From an uncultured Chloroflexia bacterium (lineage in GTDB: Bacteria > Chloroflexota > Dehalococcoidia > SM23-28-2 > RBG-16-64-32), in contig CAVTYE010000001.1 of the NCBI GenBank assembly GCA_963738925.1, positions 192,609-256,608 of the forward strand: a DNA stretch of 64,000 nucleotides, read 5' to 3'. Under the pieces are notes generated by a model. The model worked only from the letters and a program-made list of their open reading frames with translations. It was not told the origin of the DNA and did not search any database. The first letter of the stretch is position 1. The number at the start of each line of letters is the position of its first letter. Both the position numbers and the translations under genes were made by a program. Positions 44,128 to 55,212 of the stretch are shown here, in pieces.

Positions 44128-44670
44128 TTGGTCGAAATGACCATTGAGAGCATACGAGTCAGCCTCATGAACTACCAGCGGGTAGTCATCCTGCGAGAGA
44201 AAGACTCTGACCGATACCTGCCCATCTGGATCGGCCCCGCTGAGGCCGACGCGATAGCTGTTCGCCTGCAGGACGTACAGGTGGCGCGCCCGCTAACCCA
44301 CGACCTCCTGCGAGACGCCATCGGCCAGCTCGGCGCTACCGTGGAGTACGTAGTCGTCAACGACCTCTCAAACGACACATTCTTCGCCCGCATCATGCTG
44401 CAGGTCGACGGCCGCTCGATCGAGATCGATTCCCGGCCCAGCGACGCCATCGCCCTGGCCGTCCGCGCCCAGGTCCCGATCTTCGCCGACGAGTCAGTGC
44501 TGGAGAAGGCCGGTGTCAAGCTGGACGAAGAGGGCCAGCTGGACGCGGTGACCGGCGGCACCCAGCCGATGGAGACGACCGGCGAGGTCTCCGACGAAGA
44601 GCTGGAGAAGCTCAGCCCCTTCCGTGACCTGATCGAGGGGCTGGACCTGGAAGACTTCGGCAAGAAGTAG
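44128..44670 (+). CDS. bifunctional nuclease (BFN/DUF151) family protein
   Basis: VVILREKDSDRYLPIWIGPAEADAIA...RPLTHDLL...IDSRPSDAIALAVR. The AGGAGG SD at 44114-44119 favours TTG 44128; the ORF track starts at 44119. Confidence 0.85.
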   Translation: MVEMTIESIRVSLMNYQRVVILREKDSDRYLPIWIGPAEADAIAVRLQDVQVARPLTHDLLRDAIGQLGATVEYVVVNDLSNDTFFARIMLQVDGRSIEIDSRPSDAIALAVRAQVPIFADESVLEKAGVKLDEEGQLDAVTGGTQPMETTGEVSDEELEKLSPFRDLIEGLDLEDFGKK

Positions 44671-44732
44671 CCGCCCGGGTCCGCTCCGCAGCCGAACCAA
44701 ATCTCCCTCGCGCTTTTCCTCCGGTGTCTGAT

Positions 44733-44748
44733 TGTGCTAAATTTCACA
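44733..44748. promoter_or_regulatory. candidate Rex/CRP-type operator TGTGCtaaattTCACA upstream of the atp operon
   Basis: One mismatch to TGTGA-N6-TCACA. With flanks it reads TTGTGCTaaatTTCACAT, compared with the Rex consensus TTGTGAA-N4-TTCACAA. Confidence 0.4.
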
Positions 44749-44827
44749 TATCGACTCGGATTAAGGCTTTGTGATATTGTGCGCAAGGCAAGAAATTCAG
44801 GCCGACCTGGAAGGTGGCACCGGCGTG

Positions 44828-45052
44828 ATGCAGCGACTCCCGCCAGCTATGAGACTGATGGGGATTGGCTGGTATTTCGTCTTCGTGATCGTCGGTGGGC
44901 TCGCGGGCGGACTCCTGCTGGACAGCTGGCTGGGCACTAAGCCTGCCTTCACCCTCGTCGGGCTGTTCGGGGGGCTGGTCCTGGCCTTCTGGGGCGGCTA
45001 TTTCATGCTCATGGAAGCGATCGGCAAAGGCAGAGGACACAAAGACAACTAG
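44828..45052 (+). CDS. atpI: AtpZ/AtpI-like small membrane protein (ATP synthase protein I)
   Basis: MQRLPPAMRLMGIGWYFVFVIVGGLAGGLLLDSWLGTKPAFTLVGLFGGLVLAFWG, placed directly ahead of atpB. Confidence 0.7.
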   Translation: MQRLPPAMRLMGIGWYFVFVIVGGLAGGLLLDSWLGTKPAFTLVGLFGGLVLAFWGGYFMLMEAIGKGRGHKDN

Positions 45053-45055
45053 CTT

Positions 45056-46096
45056 ATGAAGACGCGCCTAATCGTACTCGGGATGCTCGCCCTCTTCGTC
45101 GTGGGCTTCGTCTTTCTCCGGGGGCCGATCCCGCACATCTCCATCGCCCCGGAGCCGCTGACCAAGGTCGGCGGGGTCAAGATCACCAACACGATGCTCA
45201 CCTCCTGGATCATCGTCGTCTTGATCGCGTTCGGCATCCTCTTCATCACCACGCGCAAGTGGACAATCGTGCCCGGCGGCGTCCAGAACTTCGTTGAGGC
45301 CGTAGTCGAGGCGTTCTACAACCTGGTCACCGGTATCGCCGGCGAGGAGAAGGGGCGCCGCTTCTTTCCGGTGGTCGCCACGATCTTCTTCTTCGTTCTC
45401 GTCTCCAACTGGCTGTCCTTGACGCCGGTCTTCAACGTCATCGGCTTTCAGTCCGAGCCCGAGGAGACGGGCTTCGTGATGAACAAGACGGACATCGGCC
45501 CGTTCCACTTCGCCACGGTGCCGTTCTCCAGCCTGAGCACGCTCAGCGCCGATTCGATCAGCGAAAGCGACTCCAACGCCGCGGAGCACCACGATAAGGC
45601 CATCGCCGACGGCAAGTTCGTTGGCGAGCTAATCCCGCTCCTCCGCGGCATCAACACGGACCTCAACACGCCGCTGGCGATCGCCATCTGGTCGGCGATC
45701 TTCGTCGAGTTCTGGGGCATCAGCGCCCTTGGCTTCTTCAAGTACGGCAAGAAGTTCATCAACTTCGGCGGGCCCATCGACTTCTTCGTCGGGATCCTGG
45801 AGCTGATCTCGGAGCTCGTTCGGCTGGTCAGTTTCACCTTCCGTCTTTTCGGTAACATGTTCGCCGGCGAGGTGGTGATCCTGATGTTCACTTTCCTCAC
45901 GCCGCTGATCCTGACGCTGCCGTTCTACGGCCTGGAGCTGTTCGTCGGCGTCATCCAGGCGTTCATCTTCGCCTCGCTCACCCTGGTCTTCGCCGTCATG
46001 GCCACGCAAAGCCATGACGCCCACGACGAGCACGCCCCGGAGCACCCGGAAGACATCGGCGAGGCCATTCACGAAGCAATCGCGGAACCAATCTAA
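45056..46096 (+). CDS. atpB: F0F1 ATP synthase subunit a, with an about 70-aa loop insertion and an acidic/His-rich C-terminal tail
   Basis: 346 aa; LVSFTFRLFGNMFAGEVV (essential Arg) and QAFIFASLTLVF. Confidence 0.9.
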   Translation: MKTRLIVLGMLALFVVGFVFLRGPIPHISIAPEPLTKVGGVKITNTMLTSWIIVVLIAFGILFITTRKWTIVPGGVQNFVEAVVEAFYNLVTGIAGEEKGRRFFPVVATIFFFVLVSNWLSLTPVFNVIGFQSEPEETGFVMNKTDIGPFHFATVPFSSLSTLSADSISESDSNAAEHHDKAIADGKFVGELIPLLRGINTDLNTPLAIAIWSAIFVEFWGISALGFFKYGKKFINFGGPIDFFVGILELISELVRLVSFTFRLFGNMFAGEVVILMFTFLTPLILTLPFYGLELFVGVIQAFIFASLTLVFAVMATQSHDAHDEHAPEHPEDIGEAIHEAIAEPI

Positions 46097-46136
46097 TGAA
46101 GCGCATATCAAGCCATACACCCACAAGGAGGTTCTA

Positions 46137-46454
46137 GTGGACATCATTCTTTCCGTGACGTTGCCAATCTTCCATGCGATTGGGCACTTCATCGCACAGG
46201 CGGAGGGCAATACAGGGTTCACGATCAGCGACAAGGGCATGAAGTCCATCGGCGCCGGCATCGCCATGGGTCTCGGCGCCTTTGGACCGGCGCTCGCCAT
46301 CGGCAACCTGGCCGGCCGGGCCATGGACGCCCTGGGCCGCAACCCGGAGGCGCAGCCGGTCATCCAGACGAACATGATTCTTGGACTGGCGTTCGCCGAG
46401 GCCATCGGCATTTACGCGCTGGTCGTGGCGATCATGATCGGTTTCGTGTTCTAG
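46137..46454 (+). CDS. atpE: F0F1 ATP synthase subunit c, with an N-terminal extension
   Basis: GTG 46137 lies 5 nt after AAGGAGG. The core is IGAGIAMGLGAFGPALAIGNLAGRAMDALGRNPEA...LGLAFAEAIGIYALVVAIMI. If translation starts at Met 46239, the protein is a canonical 71 aa. Confidence 0.85.
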   Translation: MDIILSVTLPIFHAIGHFIAQAEGNTGFTISDKGMKSIGAGIAMGLGAFGPALAIGNLAGRAMDALGRNPEAQPVIQTNMILGLAFAEAIGIYALVVAIMIGFVF

Positions 46455-46490
46455 GGAGCCGGAGAGGCTTTAACCAGACAGAAGGTAGCT

Positions 46491-47033
46491 ATGTTACCCG
46501 TATTGCTAGAGGCTTCGGGAATCAGCCAGCTGGGCATCAACCTGCCCGGACTGGTGGCCCAGCTCATCAACTTCGGCATTCTGCTGGTCCTCTTCACCTG
46601 GCTCTTCCGCAAGTTCGTCTTCCCGATGATGGACGAACGCAAGAAGCGCATCGAAGAAGGACTGCGGGCCTCCGAGGACGCCAAGAAAGCGCTGGCCGAA
46701 ACCGAGCAGGGCGTCAGCGCAGAGATGGCCAAGGCCCGCCAGGAGGCGCAGGCCCTGATCGCGCAGGCCCAGCAGACATCGGCCCGGATGGCCGAAGAGG
46801 GGCGCCAGCAAGCGCGCGTGGAAGCCGAGCAGATCCTGGAACGGGCCCGCGGCGAGATCCAGCTGGAGCGCGACAACGCGATCTCCGAGCTGCGCCGCGA
46901 GTTCGCAGACCTGACGATCACGGCCGCCGAGAAGGTGATCCGCCGCAACCTGGACCGCACCGCCCAGCACGACCTGATCGAGCAGGTGCTGGCAGAAGCG
47001 CCGCGCCCCGGCGATGGAGCATCGAACAACTAG
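46491..47033 (+). CDS. atpF: F0F1 ATP synthase subunit b
   Basis: An N-terminal TM, then a long charged helix (RKKRIEEGLRASEDAKKALAETEQ...). Confidence 0.9.
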   Translation: MLPVLLEASGISQLGINLPGLVAQLINFGILLVLFTWLFRKFVFPMMDERKKRIEEGLRASEDAKKALAETEQGVSAEMAKARQEAQALIAQAQQTSARMAEEGRQQARVEAEQILERARGEIQLERDNAISELRREFADLTITAAEKVIRRNLDRTAQHDLIEQVLAEAPRPGDGASNN

Positions 47034-47050
47034 ATGAGCGGTACTGAAGA

Positions 47051-47590
47051 ATGATCCCCGAACCAGCAGCCAGGCGCTACGCAGAGGCCGCCTACCTGAT
47101 CGCCCAGGAGGCGAAGACGGAAGACGCCTGGCGCGCCGGCCTGCAGAGCATCGCCGCGCTGTTCGGCAACCCGGACGCAGAGCGCGTCTTCGCCAGCAGC
47201 CGCCGCTCCGCGGATGACAAGCGCCAGCTCGTGGAGAAGGCGCTGGCCGGGCTCGACCCGGAGATCCTCAATTTGGCCCGCCTGCTCCTCCGGCGAAGCC
47301 GCACGATGCTTGGCCCGCAGATTTCGCAGGCCTACCAGGAGATGCTCGACAAGGCCAGGGGCATCTCGCACGCCACCGTGACCAGCGCCGTCCCGCTGAA
47401 CCCGGGCGAGCTCGCCGCTGTGCAGAAGAAGCTGGAAGAGCTTACCGGCGGCACCGTCGTCACCGAGACGGAAGTAGACGAAAACATCCTCGGCGGGCTG
47501 ATCGTGCGCATCGGCGACCGGCTGATCGACGGCAGCACACACAGCCGCCTGGTGGCGCTGAAGCAGCGGCTGGCAGGGGCCCGGAGCTGA
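47051..47590 (+). CDS. atpH: F0F1 ATP synthase subunit delta
   Basis: 179 aa; ARRYAEAAYLIA...ILGGLIVRIGDRLIDGS, the OSCP pattern. Confidence 0.9.
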   Translation: MIPEPAARRYAEAAYLIAQEAKTEDAWRAGLQSIAALFGNPDAERVFASSRRSADDKRQLVEKALAGLDPEILNLARLLLRRSRTMLGPQISQAYQEMLDKARGISHATVTSAVPLNPGELAAVQKKLEELTGGTVVTETEVDENILGGLIVRIGDRLIDGSTHSRLVALKQRLAGARS

Positions 47591-48088
47591 TGATGGCGAC
47601 GAAGGTATCGAAAGACGAGGCGATGCGCGACCTGGAGCGAAGCTGGGCCGAGCTGCGGTCGATCATCGAGTCCGTGCCGGACGACGAGCTCGCCCAGCCC
47701 GGTGTCGTCGAAGAGTGGTCAGTCAAGGACATCGTCGGCCACATCGCCTTCTGGGCCGGCCGCGGCGCCGCGACCCTCGGCGGCATCCAACTCCGGAACG
47801 CTGGACAAGCTCGTCTTTGGCACCGGCGACAACTGGGTGGACGAATGGAACACCCGCGAATTCGCCGCGCGCAAGGACAAGCCCTACGCCGAGCTGCGCG
47901 GAGAATGGATCGCGGCCCACGAGGCAGCGCGCGCAGCGCTGGAAGCCGCAACCGACGACACGCTGAACGCGGCGTACGGGCAAGGCACCATCGCCGCCTA
48001 CTACACCGGCGACACCACAGAGCACTACCAGGAGCACGCCGAACAGATACGGGACTGGCTCCACGAGATGGAAACGACCGAGAAGTGA
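47590..48088 (+). pseudogene. DinB-family (DinB_2/ClbS-like four-helix bundle) gene inserted between atpH and atpA; frame broken by a 1-nt indel near 47775-47800
   Basis: ATGA overlap with the atpH stop. Frame 1: MMATKVSKDEAMRDLERSWAELRSIIESVPDDELAQPGVVEEWSVKDIVGHIAFWAGRGAATLGGI, then Arg-rich nonsense. Frame 2 (ORF 47702..48088) continues SGTLDKLVFGTGDNWVDEWNTREFAARKDKPYAELRGEWIAAHEAARAALE...TTEHYQEHAEQIRDWL. Length is 499 nt, which is 3n+1. Confidence 0.7.
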
Positions 48089-48189
48089 CGGAAAGGTTGG
48101 TGGAGGTTAGAGACTAGAGATTGGAAGGCGACATCGCCCGTTCCAACCTCCAGCTTCCAACTTCTACCTCCCCAAAGGAGACCAGCGAT

Positions 48190-49726
48190 ATGGCAGTAAG
48201 ACCAGACGAAATCGCATCGATCATCAAGCAACAGATCGAGCAGTTCGGCGGGGCCGTTACGGCGGTCGACGTCGGCAGCGTCGTTGAGTCGGGCGACGGC
48301 ATCGCCCGGATCTATGGGCTGAGCAACTGCAAGTACTCGGAGCTCCTGGAGTTCCGCACCCGGGACGAGGCCGGCGGCGAGAAGACCGTCATCGGCCTGG
48401 CGCTGAACCTGGAAGAGGACACAGTCGGCGCCATCATCATGGGCGACTACACCGAGATCAAAGAGGGCGACGAGGTCCGCTCCACCGGCCGCATCATCGA
48501 GGTGCCGGTCGGCGATGGGCTGATCGGCCGCGTCGTCGACCCGCTGGGCCAGCCGCTGGACGGCAAAGGCCCCGTCGCCTCCACTTCGACCCGCCCGGTC
48601 GAAAAGATCGCTCCCGGCGTCGCGGAGAGACAGGCCGTCAACCAGTCGCTGCACACCGGCGTCAAGGCGATCGACGCCATGGTGCCGATCGGCCGGGGCC
48701 AGCGCGAGCTGATCATCGGCGACCGCTTCACGGGAAAGACGGCGATCTGCCTGGACGCGATCATCGCCCAGAAGGGTCAGGACGTGATCTGCATCTACGT
48801 TGGCATAGGCCAGCAGGCGTCCAAGATAGCCCAGGTCATCGGCATCCTGGAAGAGAACGGGGCCATGGACCACACGATCGTCGTCGCCGCCAACGCCGCC
48901 GACCCGGCCGCGCTACAGTACATCGCCCCGTACGCCGGCTGCGCCATCGGCGAAGAGTTCATGTCCCAGGGCAAGGACTGCCTGGTCATCTACGACGACC
49001 TCTCCAAGCACGCCTGGGCCTACCGCCAGATCTCGCTGCTTGCTCCGGCGCCCGCCGGGCCGCGAAGCCTACCCCGGCGACGTCTTCTACCTGCACAGCC
49101 GCCTCCTGGAGCGGGCAGCCCGCCTTTCGCCGGAGTACGGCGGCGGCTCGCTAACAGCGCTCCCGATCATCGAGACGCAGGCCGGCGACGTCTCGGCCTA
49201 CGTGCCGACGAACGTCATTTCGATCACCGACGGCCAGATCTACCTGGAGTCCGATCTCTTCGCCTCCGGCATCCGCCCCGCCATCAACGCTGGTCTTTCG
49301 GTCTCGCGCGTGGGCGGCGCGGCGCAGACGAAGGCGATGCGCAAAGTCGCCGGCGGCATGCGCCTGGGCCTGGCCCAGTACCGCGAGCTGCAGGCCTTCG
49401 CCCAGTTCGGCACCGCCGAGCTGGACAACGCCACCCGCCGCCAGATCGAGCTTGGCCAGCGCCTGGTGGAGATCCTCAAGCAGCCACAGTACAACCCGCT
49501 ACAGCTCGGCCCCGAGGTCGCGATCATCTACGCCGTCGTCAACGGCTACCTCAACGACGTCGAGCCGGCCAAGGTCAAAGACTTTGAGGAGGCCTTCCGC
49601 CGCTACATGGAGTCGGCCCAGCCGGACCTGCTGAAGACGATCCAGGACAGCAAAGTGATCGACGACGACACCGAGGCCAGGCTCAAGTCCGCCATCGAAC
49701 AGTTCAAGCAGACGGGGTCCTTCTAG
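48190..49726 (+). pseudogene. atpA: F0F1 ATP synthase subunit alpha, interrupted by a single extra base near 49042
   Basis: Start at ATG 48190 after AAGGAG. The first frame includes Walker [11 protein letters not shown] and ends ...AYRQISLL at 49041. After skipping G49042, the second frame continues [26 protein letters not shown]... (ORF 49040..49726). Length is 1537 nt, which is 3n+1. Confidence 0.9.
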
Positions 49727-49735
49727 GAACAGCCA

Positions 49736-50623
49736 ATGGCAGCCGGACAGCTTCGCATCATCCGCAGGCGCATCCGCTCTATCCAGAGCGCGGCCAAGAT
49801 CACGCGCGCCATGGAGCTCGTCGCCGCGTCCAAGATGCGGCGGGCCCAGCTCAACGCCCTGGCCGCGCGGCCTTACGCCGAGCGGCTGCGCTGGGTGCTG
49901 GCCGACCTGGCCGAAACGCTGCACACGATCGACCCGGCGGAGCGCAACCCACTCTTCCAGGAGCGCGCCGAGGTCAAGAACGTCGAGCTGATCTTCGTCA
50001 CGCCCAACCGCGGCCTCTGCGGCAGCCTCGTCTCCAACCTCAGCCGCCGCGCCCACCAGTTCGTGCTGGAGCATCCCGGCCAGGGCGTGCGGACCATCGC
50101 CATCGGCCGCAAGGGCCGGGACTTCATGCGCAGGGCCGGCCAGGAGGTCGTCGCCGAGTTCCTGGAGCTGGGCGACTACCCCGCCTACCTGGACGTGCGG
50201 CCGATCGCCCAGATCGCCATGGACGACTTCCTCAGCGGCGCCGCCGACGAGGTGCACATCATCTTCGCCGAGTTCGTCAACACCGTGACCCAGCGGCCGA
50301 CCAGCTTCAAACTGCTGCCCATCGAAGCGCCGACAGAGGCCGAGAAGAAGGAGACCGGCGGCGTGGACTACATCTACGAGCCCGGCCGCGAAGCCGTCCT
50401 CGCCGAGCTCTTGCCGCGCTACATCGAACGGCAGGTCTACGGCGCGATCCTGGAAGCGGCCGCCAGCGAGCAGTCCGCGCGCATGGTCGCGATGCGCAAC
50501 GCCACCGACAACGCCAACGAGCTGATGCGCGACCTCACGCTCGTCTACAACAAGGCCCGCCAGGAATCGATCACAAGCGAGCTTCTGGACATCGTCGGCG
50601 GCGTCGAGGCGATGAGTGGTTAG
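49736..50623 (+). CDS. atpG: F0F1 ATP synthase subunit gamma
   Basis: LRIIRRRIRSIQSAAKITRAMELVAASKMRRAQ...NKARQESITSELLDIVGG. Confidence 0.9.
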   Translation: MAAGQLRIIRRRIRSIQSAAKITRAMELVAASKMRRAQLNALAARPYAERLRWVLADLAETLHTIDPAERNPLFQERAEVKNVELIFVTPNRGLCGSLVSNLSRRAHQFVLEHPGQGVRTIAIGRKGRDFMRRAGQEVVAEFLELGDYPAYLDVRPIAQIAMDDFLSGAADEVHIIFAEFVNTVTQRPTSFKLLPIEAPTEAEKKETGGVDYIYEPGREAVLAELLPRYIERQVYGAILEAAASEQSARMVAMRNATDNANELMRDLTLVYNKARQESITSELLDIVGGVEAMSG

Positions 50624-52162
<1,539 letters not shown>

Positions 52163-52191
52163 GCGCGCTAGAATGAGCTGCAGGACACGTC

Positions 52192-52638
52192 ATGCCACTT
52201 AGCGTTCACATCGTCACGGCGGAGAAGGAAGTCTACGCCGACGAGGCCGTCGACGAGGTCGTCGCCCCCGGCAGCGAGGGCGAGTTCACGGTGCTGCCCC
52301 AGCACGCGCCGCTGCTGACGATGATCAAGCCCGGCATCATGCGAGTCATCAAGGGCGGCCAGGAAGAGGACCTCGCCATCACCGGCGGCTTCCTGGAAGT
52401 CCGCGACGACCGCGTCACGATCCTGGCCGACGCCGTCGAGCGCGCCGAGGAGATCGACATAGCACGGGCGGAGGAAGCCCGCAAGCGCGCCGAACGCTCG
52501 CTGGCGGACCGCACCAGCCGTGAGCACGACATTGAGGCACAGGCGGCTCTCCAGCGCGCTCTCCTGCGGATCAAGGCTGTGGAACGCGGCCGCCACCGTC
52601 GTGAGGGCGGACGGCCCCAGCGCCCGCCGGGGTCCTGA
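52192..52638 (+). CDS. atpC: F0F1 ATP synthase subunit epsilon
   Basis: LSVHIVTAEKEVYADEAVDEVVAPGSEGEFTVLPQHAPLLT...ID.ARAEEARKRAE. Confidence 0.9.
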   Translation: MPLSVHIVTAEKEVYADEAVDEVVAPGSEGEFTVLPQHAPLLTMIKPGIMRVIKGGQEEDLAITGGFLEVRDDRVTILADAVERAEEIDIARAEEARKRAERSLADRTSREHDIEAQAALQRALLRIKAVERGRHRREGGRPQRPPGS

Positions 52639-52669
52639 CCACGCGCACCCGCCGGACGGGTCGGTTGGC

Positions 52670-53941
52670 ATGACCCTCCACGCCAAAGGCCAGACGCTCG
52701 TCATCCAGGGCGGCAAGCCGCTGCGCGGCGACGTCGAAGTCGGCGGCTCCAAGAACGCCGCCCTCGGCGCCATGGCGGCCTGCCTGATGGTCGGCGACGA
52801 CTGCTTCCTGGAGAACGTCCCCCGGATCGACGATATCGAGCAGATGGCGCTGGTCCTGCGCAGTCTCGGCGCCACGGTGGAGTGGGCAGAGCCCCACACG
52901 CTGTGCATCAGCGGGGCAAACGTCAACAAGACCTGCCCGGACCGCGAGCTCGTCGGCTCGCTGCGCGGAAGCTTCCTCGTCATGGGAGCCTTGCTCGGCC
53001 GTTTCGGCGAGGCGTCCTGCCCGCCACCCGGCGGCGACGTCATCGGCCAGCGCCCGATCGAAGTCCATCTCGAGGGCTTCCGCAGGCTCGGCGCGGAGAC
53101 CGGCATCGACGCCGACACCTTCCACGCGAGGGCCAAAGAGCTGCGCGGATCGTCCTTCTTCGCCGATTACCCGAGCGTCCTCGGCACCCAGAACACGATG
53201 ATGGCGGCGGCCCTGGCCAAGGGCATCACGACAATCGTCAACGCCGCTGCGGAGCCAGAGGTCGAAAGCCTGGCCGGGATGCTGAACCAGATGGGCGCAC
53301 GGATCAGCGGCGCCGGCACGCACACCGTGACCATCAACGGCGTCGAGAAGCTGAAGCCGGTGCGCTACCGCATCATCCCGGACCGCCTGGAAGCCGGCAC
53401 CTTCGCCATCGCCGGCGCGATCACCAACGGCGAGGTCGAGGTTCGCGGCGTCGATCTCAGGCACCTCACTTCGGTCATCTACAAGATGCGCCAGGCCGGC
53501 ATCGAGATCGAGGAAGGCAACGACAGCTTCCGCGCCCGGCGGCCCGGCGGCCTCAACTCAATGACGTTGCAGGCGCTGCCCTACCCGGGCTTCCCAACCG
53601 ACCTGCAGGCGCCGATGGCCGTGCTGCTGACGCAGGCGCGCGGGATTAGCTACGTCCACGAGCGCGTTTTCGACAACCGGCTGCTCTACATCGGGGAGCT
53701 GCGCAAGATGGGAGCCGAAATAGTGACTACCGGGACCACCGTTGCTATCATTAGCGGGCCCACGCCCCTGACGGGCTCTTCTCTTCGAGCTATGGACGTG
53801 CGGGCGGGCGCGGCATTCATCCTGGCCGGGCTCGCCGCCGCCGGTCGTACCGAGGTCAGCGACGTCTATCACGTTGACCGCGGCTACGAACGGATCGATG
53901 AGAAACTGCGAGCCCTGGGAGCCGATATCGAAAGGGTCTGA
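52670..53941 (+). CDS. murA: UDP-N-acetylglucosamine 1-carboxyvinyltransferase
   Basis: Start set to ATG 52670. [23 protein letters not shown]...[14 protein letters not shown]...[13 protein letters not shown]. Confidence 0.9.
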   Translation: MTLHAKGQTLVIQGGKPLRGDVEVGGSKNAALGAMAACLMVGDDCFLENVPRIDDIEQMALVLRSLGATVEWAEPHTLCISGANVNKTCPDRELVGSLRGSFLVMGALLGRFGEASCPPPGGDVIGQRPIEVHLEGFRRLGAETGIDADTFHARAKELRGSSFFADYPSVLGTQNTMMAAALAKGITTIVNAAAEPEVESLAGMLNQMGARISGAGTHTVTINGVEKLKPVRYRIIPDRLEAGTFAIAGAITNGEVEVRGVDLRHLTSVIYKMRQAGIEIEEGNDSFRARRPGGLNSMTLQALPYPGFPTDLQAPMAVLLTQARGISYVHERVFDNRLLYIGELRKMGAEIVTTGTTVAIISGPTPLTGSSLRAMDVRAGAAFILAGLAAAGRTEVSDVYHVDRGYERIDEKLRALGADIERV

Positions 53942-54969
53942 TGTTCGGTAAGAGAATAGGCGTTGACCTCGGCACGGCCAACGTCCTGGTTTACGTGAAG
54001 GGCCGCGGCATCGTGATCAACGAGCCGGCCGTGGTGGCCGTCGCTCAGCGCGACAACAGCATCGTCGCCGTCGGCCGCGACGCCCGCGACATGCTGGGCC
54101 GCACGCCGGGCGCCATCCAGGTCATCCGTCCCATGCGTGAAGGCGTCATCGCTGACTATGTGACCACCGAAGCGATGCTGCGCCACTTCATCGGCAAAGT
54201 CGTCGGGCGCTTCTCGTTCGTGCGGCCGGAGGTGATGATCTGCGTCCCGGCAGGTGTCACCGGCGTCGAGCAGCGCGCCGTCCAGGACGCCGCCGAGGCC
54301 GCCGGCGCCAGGCGTCCCGCCCACCTGATCCCGGAGCCCCTGGCCGCCGCCATCGGAGCGCGCATCCCGGTCCACGTGCCGCACGGGCACATGATCGTCG
54401 ACATCGGCGGCGGACGCACTGAGGCGGCCGTCATCTCCATGTACGGAATCGTCGTCAGCGAATCGGTCCGCGTCGCCGGCGACCGGCTGGACGACGCGAT
54501 CGCCGGTTATGTGAAGCGCCGCCACAACCTCGTGATCGGCGATCGCACCGCCGAAGAGCTGAAGATCGCCATCGGGTCCGCCGTGCCGCTGGACGAGGAG
54601 ATGAGCTACCAGGTCCGCGGCCGCGACCAGATCACCGGCCTGCCGCGCACGATCACCGTCTCCGGCAGCGACGTCACCAACGCCATCCAGGACGCCCTCG
54701 GCGCTATCATCGGCGCCATCCGCTCCGTGCTTGAGCGCACGCCGCCGGAGCTGGCCTCGGACGTCGTCGACCGGGGGATTGTGCTTTCCGGGGGCACCGC
54801 CATGCTGCGCAACCTGGACCGGCTGATCACCGAGGAGATCGGCATCCCCTGCTACGTCGCCGACAGCCCGATGGAGTGCGTGGCCCTGGGCGCCGGGCTG
54901 GCGCTGGACCACCTGGAGCTGATCAAGCGCTCAATGCCGGCCGAAGGCGAGTGGCTGGTCTCGCTCTAG
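53941..54969 (+). CDS. mreB: rod shape-determining protein MreB
   Basis: [28 protein letters not shown]...[11 protein letters not shown]...[15 protein letters not shown]. The start overlaps the murA stop (TGATG). Confidence 0.95.
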   Translation: MFGKRIGVDLGTANVLVYVKGRGIVINEPAVVAVAQRDNSIVAVGRDARDMLGRTPGAIQVIRPMREGVIADYVTTEAMLRHFIGKVVGRFSFVRPEVMICVPAGVTGVEQRAVQDAAEAAGARRPAHLIPEPLAAAIGARIPVHVPHGHMIVDIGGGRTEAAVISMYGIVVSESVRVAGDRLDDAIAGYVKRRHNLVIGDRTAEELKIAIGSAVPLDEEMSYQVRGRDQITGLPRTITVSGSDVTNAIQDALGAIIGAIRSVLERTPPELASDVVDRGIVLSGGTAMLRNLDRLITEEIGIPCYVADSPMECVALGAGLALDHLELIKRSMPAEGEWLVSL

Positions 54970-54975
54970 GCGCCC

Positions 54976-55176
54976 CTAGGCCTTGTTCAGCAGCTCCGCC
55001 AGCGTCTCCCACTTGAAGCTCTTTGCCTTCCTGGCGCGGCCTCGCGCCCAGTCCAGGCTCCCCTTGGAGATGCGGAGCTCACCCAGCTTGTCTGCGCCGC
55101 TCCAGATGGCGATCGTGGTGTCGACGTTCCTGAGGGGTTTCGTGGGCAGGCTGATTTCGATGTGATGAACGGCCAA
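54976..55176 (-). CDS. small hypothetical protein (66 aa) downstream of rex
   Basis: TTG start 7 nt after GGAGGT. MAVHHIEISLPTKPLRNVDTTIAIWSGADKLGELRISKGSLDWARGRARKAKSFKWETLAELLNKA has coding-like composition. I could not name a family. Confidence 0.55.
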   Translation of the reverse strand: MAVHHIEISLPTKPLRNVDTTIAIWSGADKLGELRISKGSLDWARGRARKAKSFKWETLAELLNKA

Positions 55177-55212
55177 TCTGGCACCTCCGTCTTCGGTTGG
55201 GCCGCGCCCGGG

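Noticed and set aside
46014-46136. Upstream extensions suggested by the ORF track for atpE (46014), atpD (50630), atpA (48121), murA (52520), pyrF (41353), the amidase (6104) and the SDR (19410)
   Set aside because: The extensions overlap upstream genes or lack coding character. Internal starts with good SD sites, matching the family N-termini, were chosen instead.
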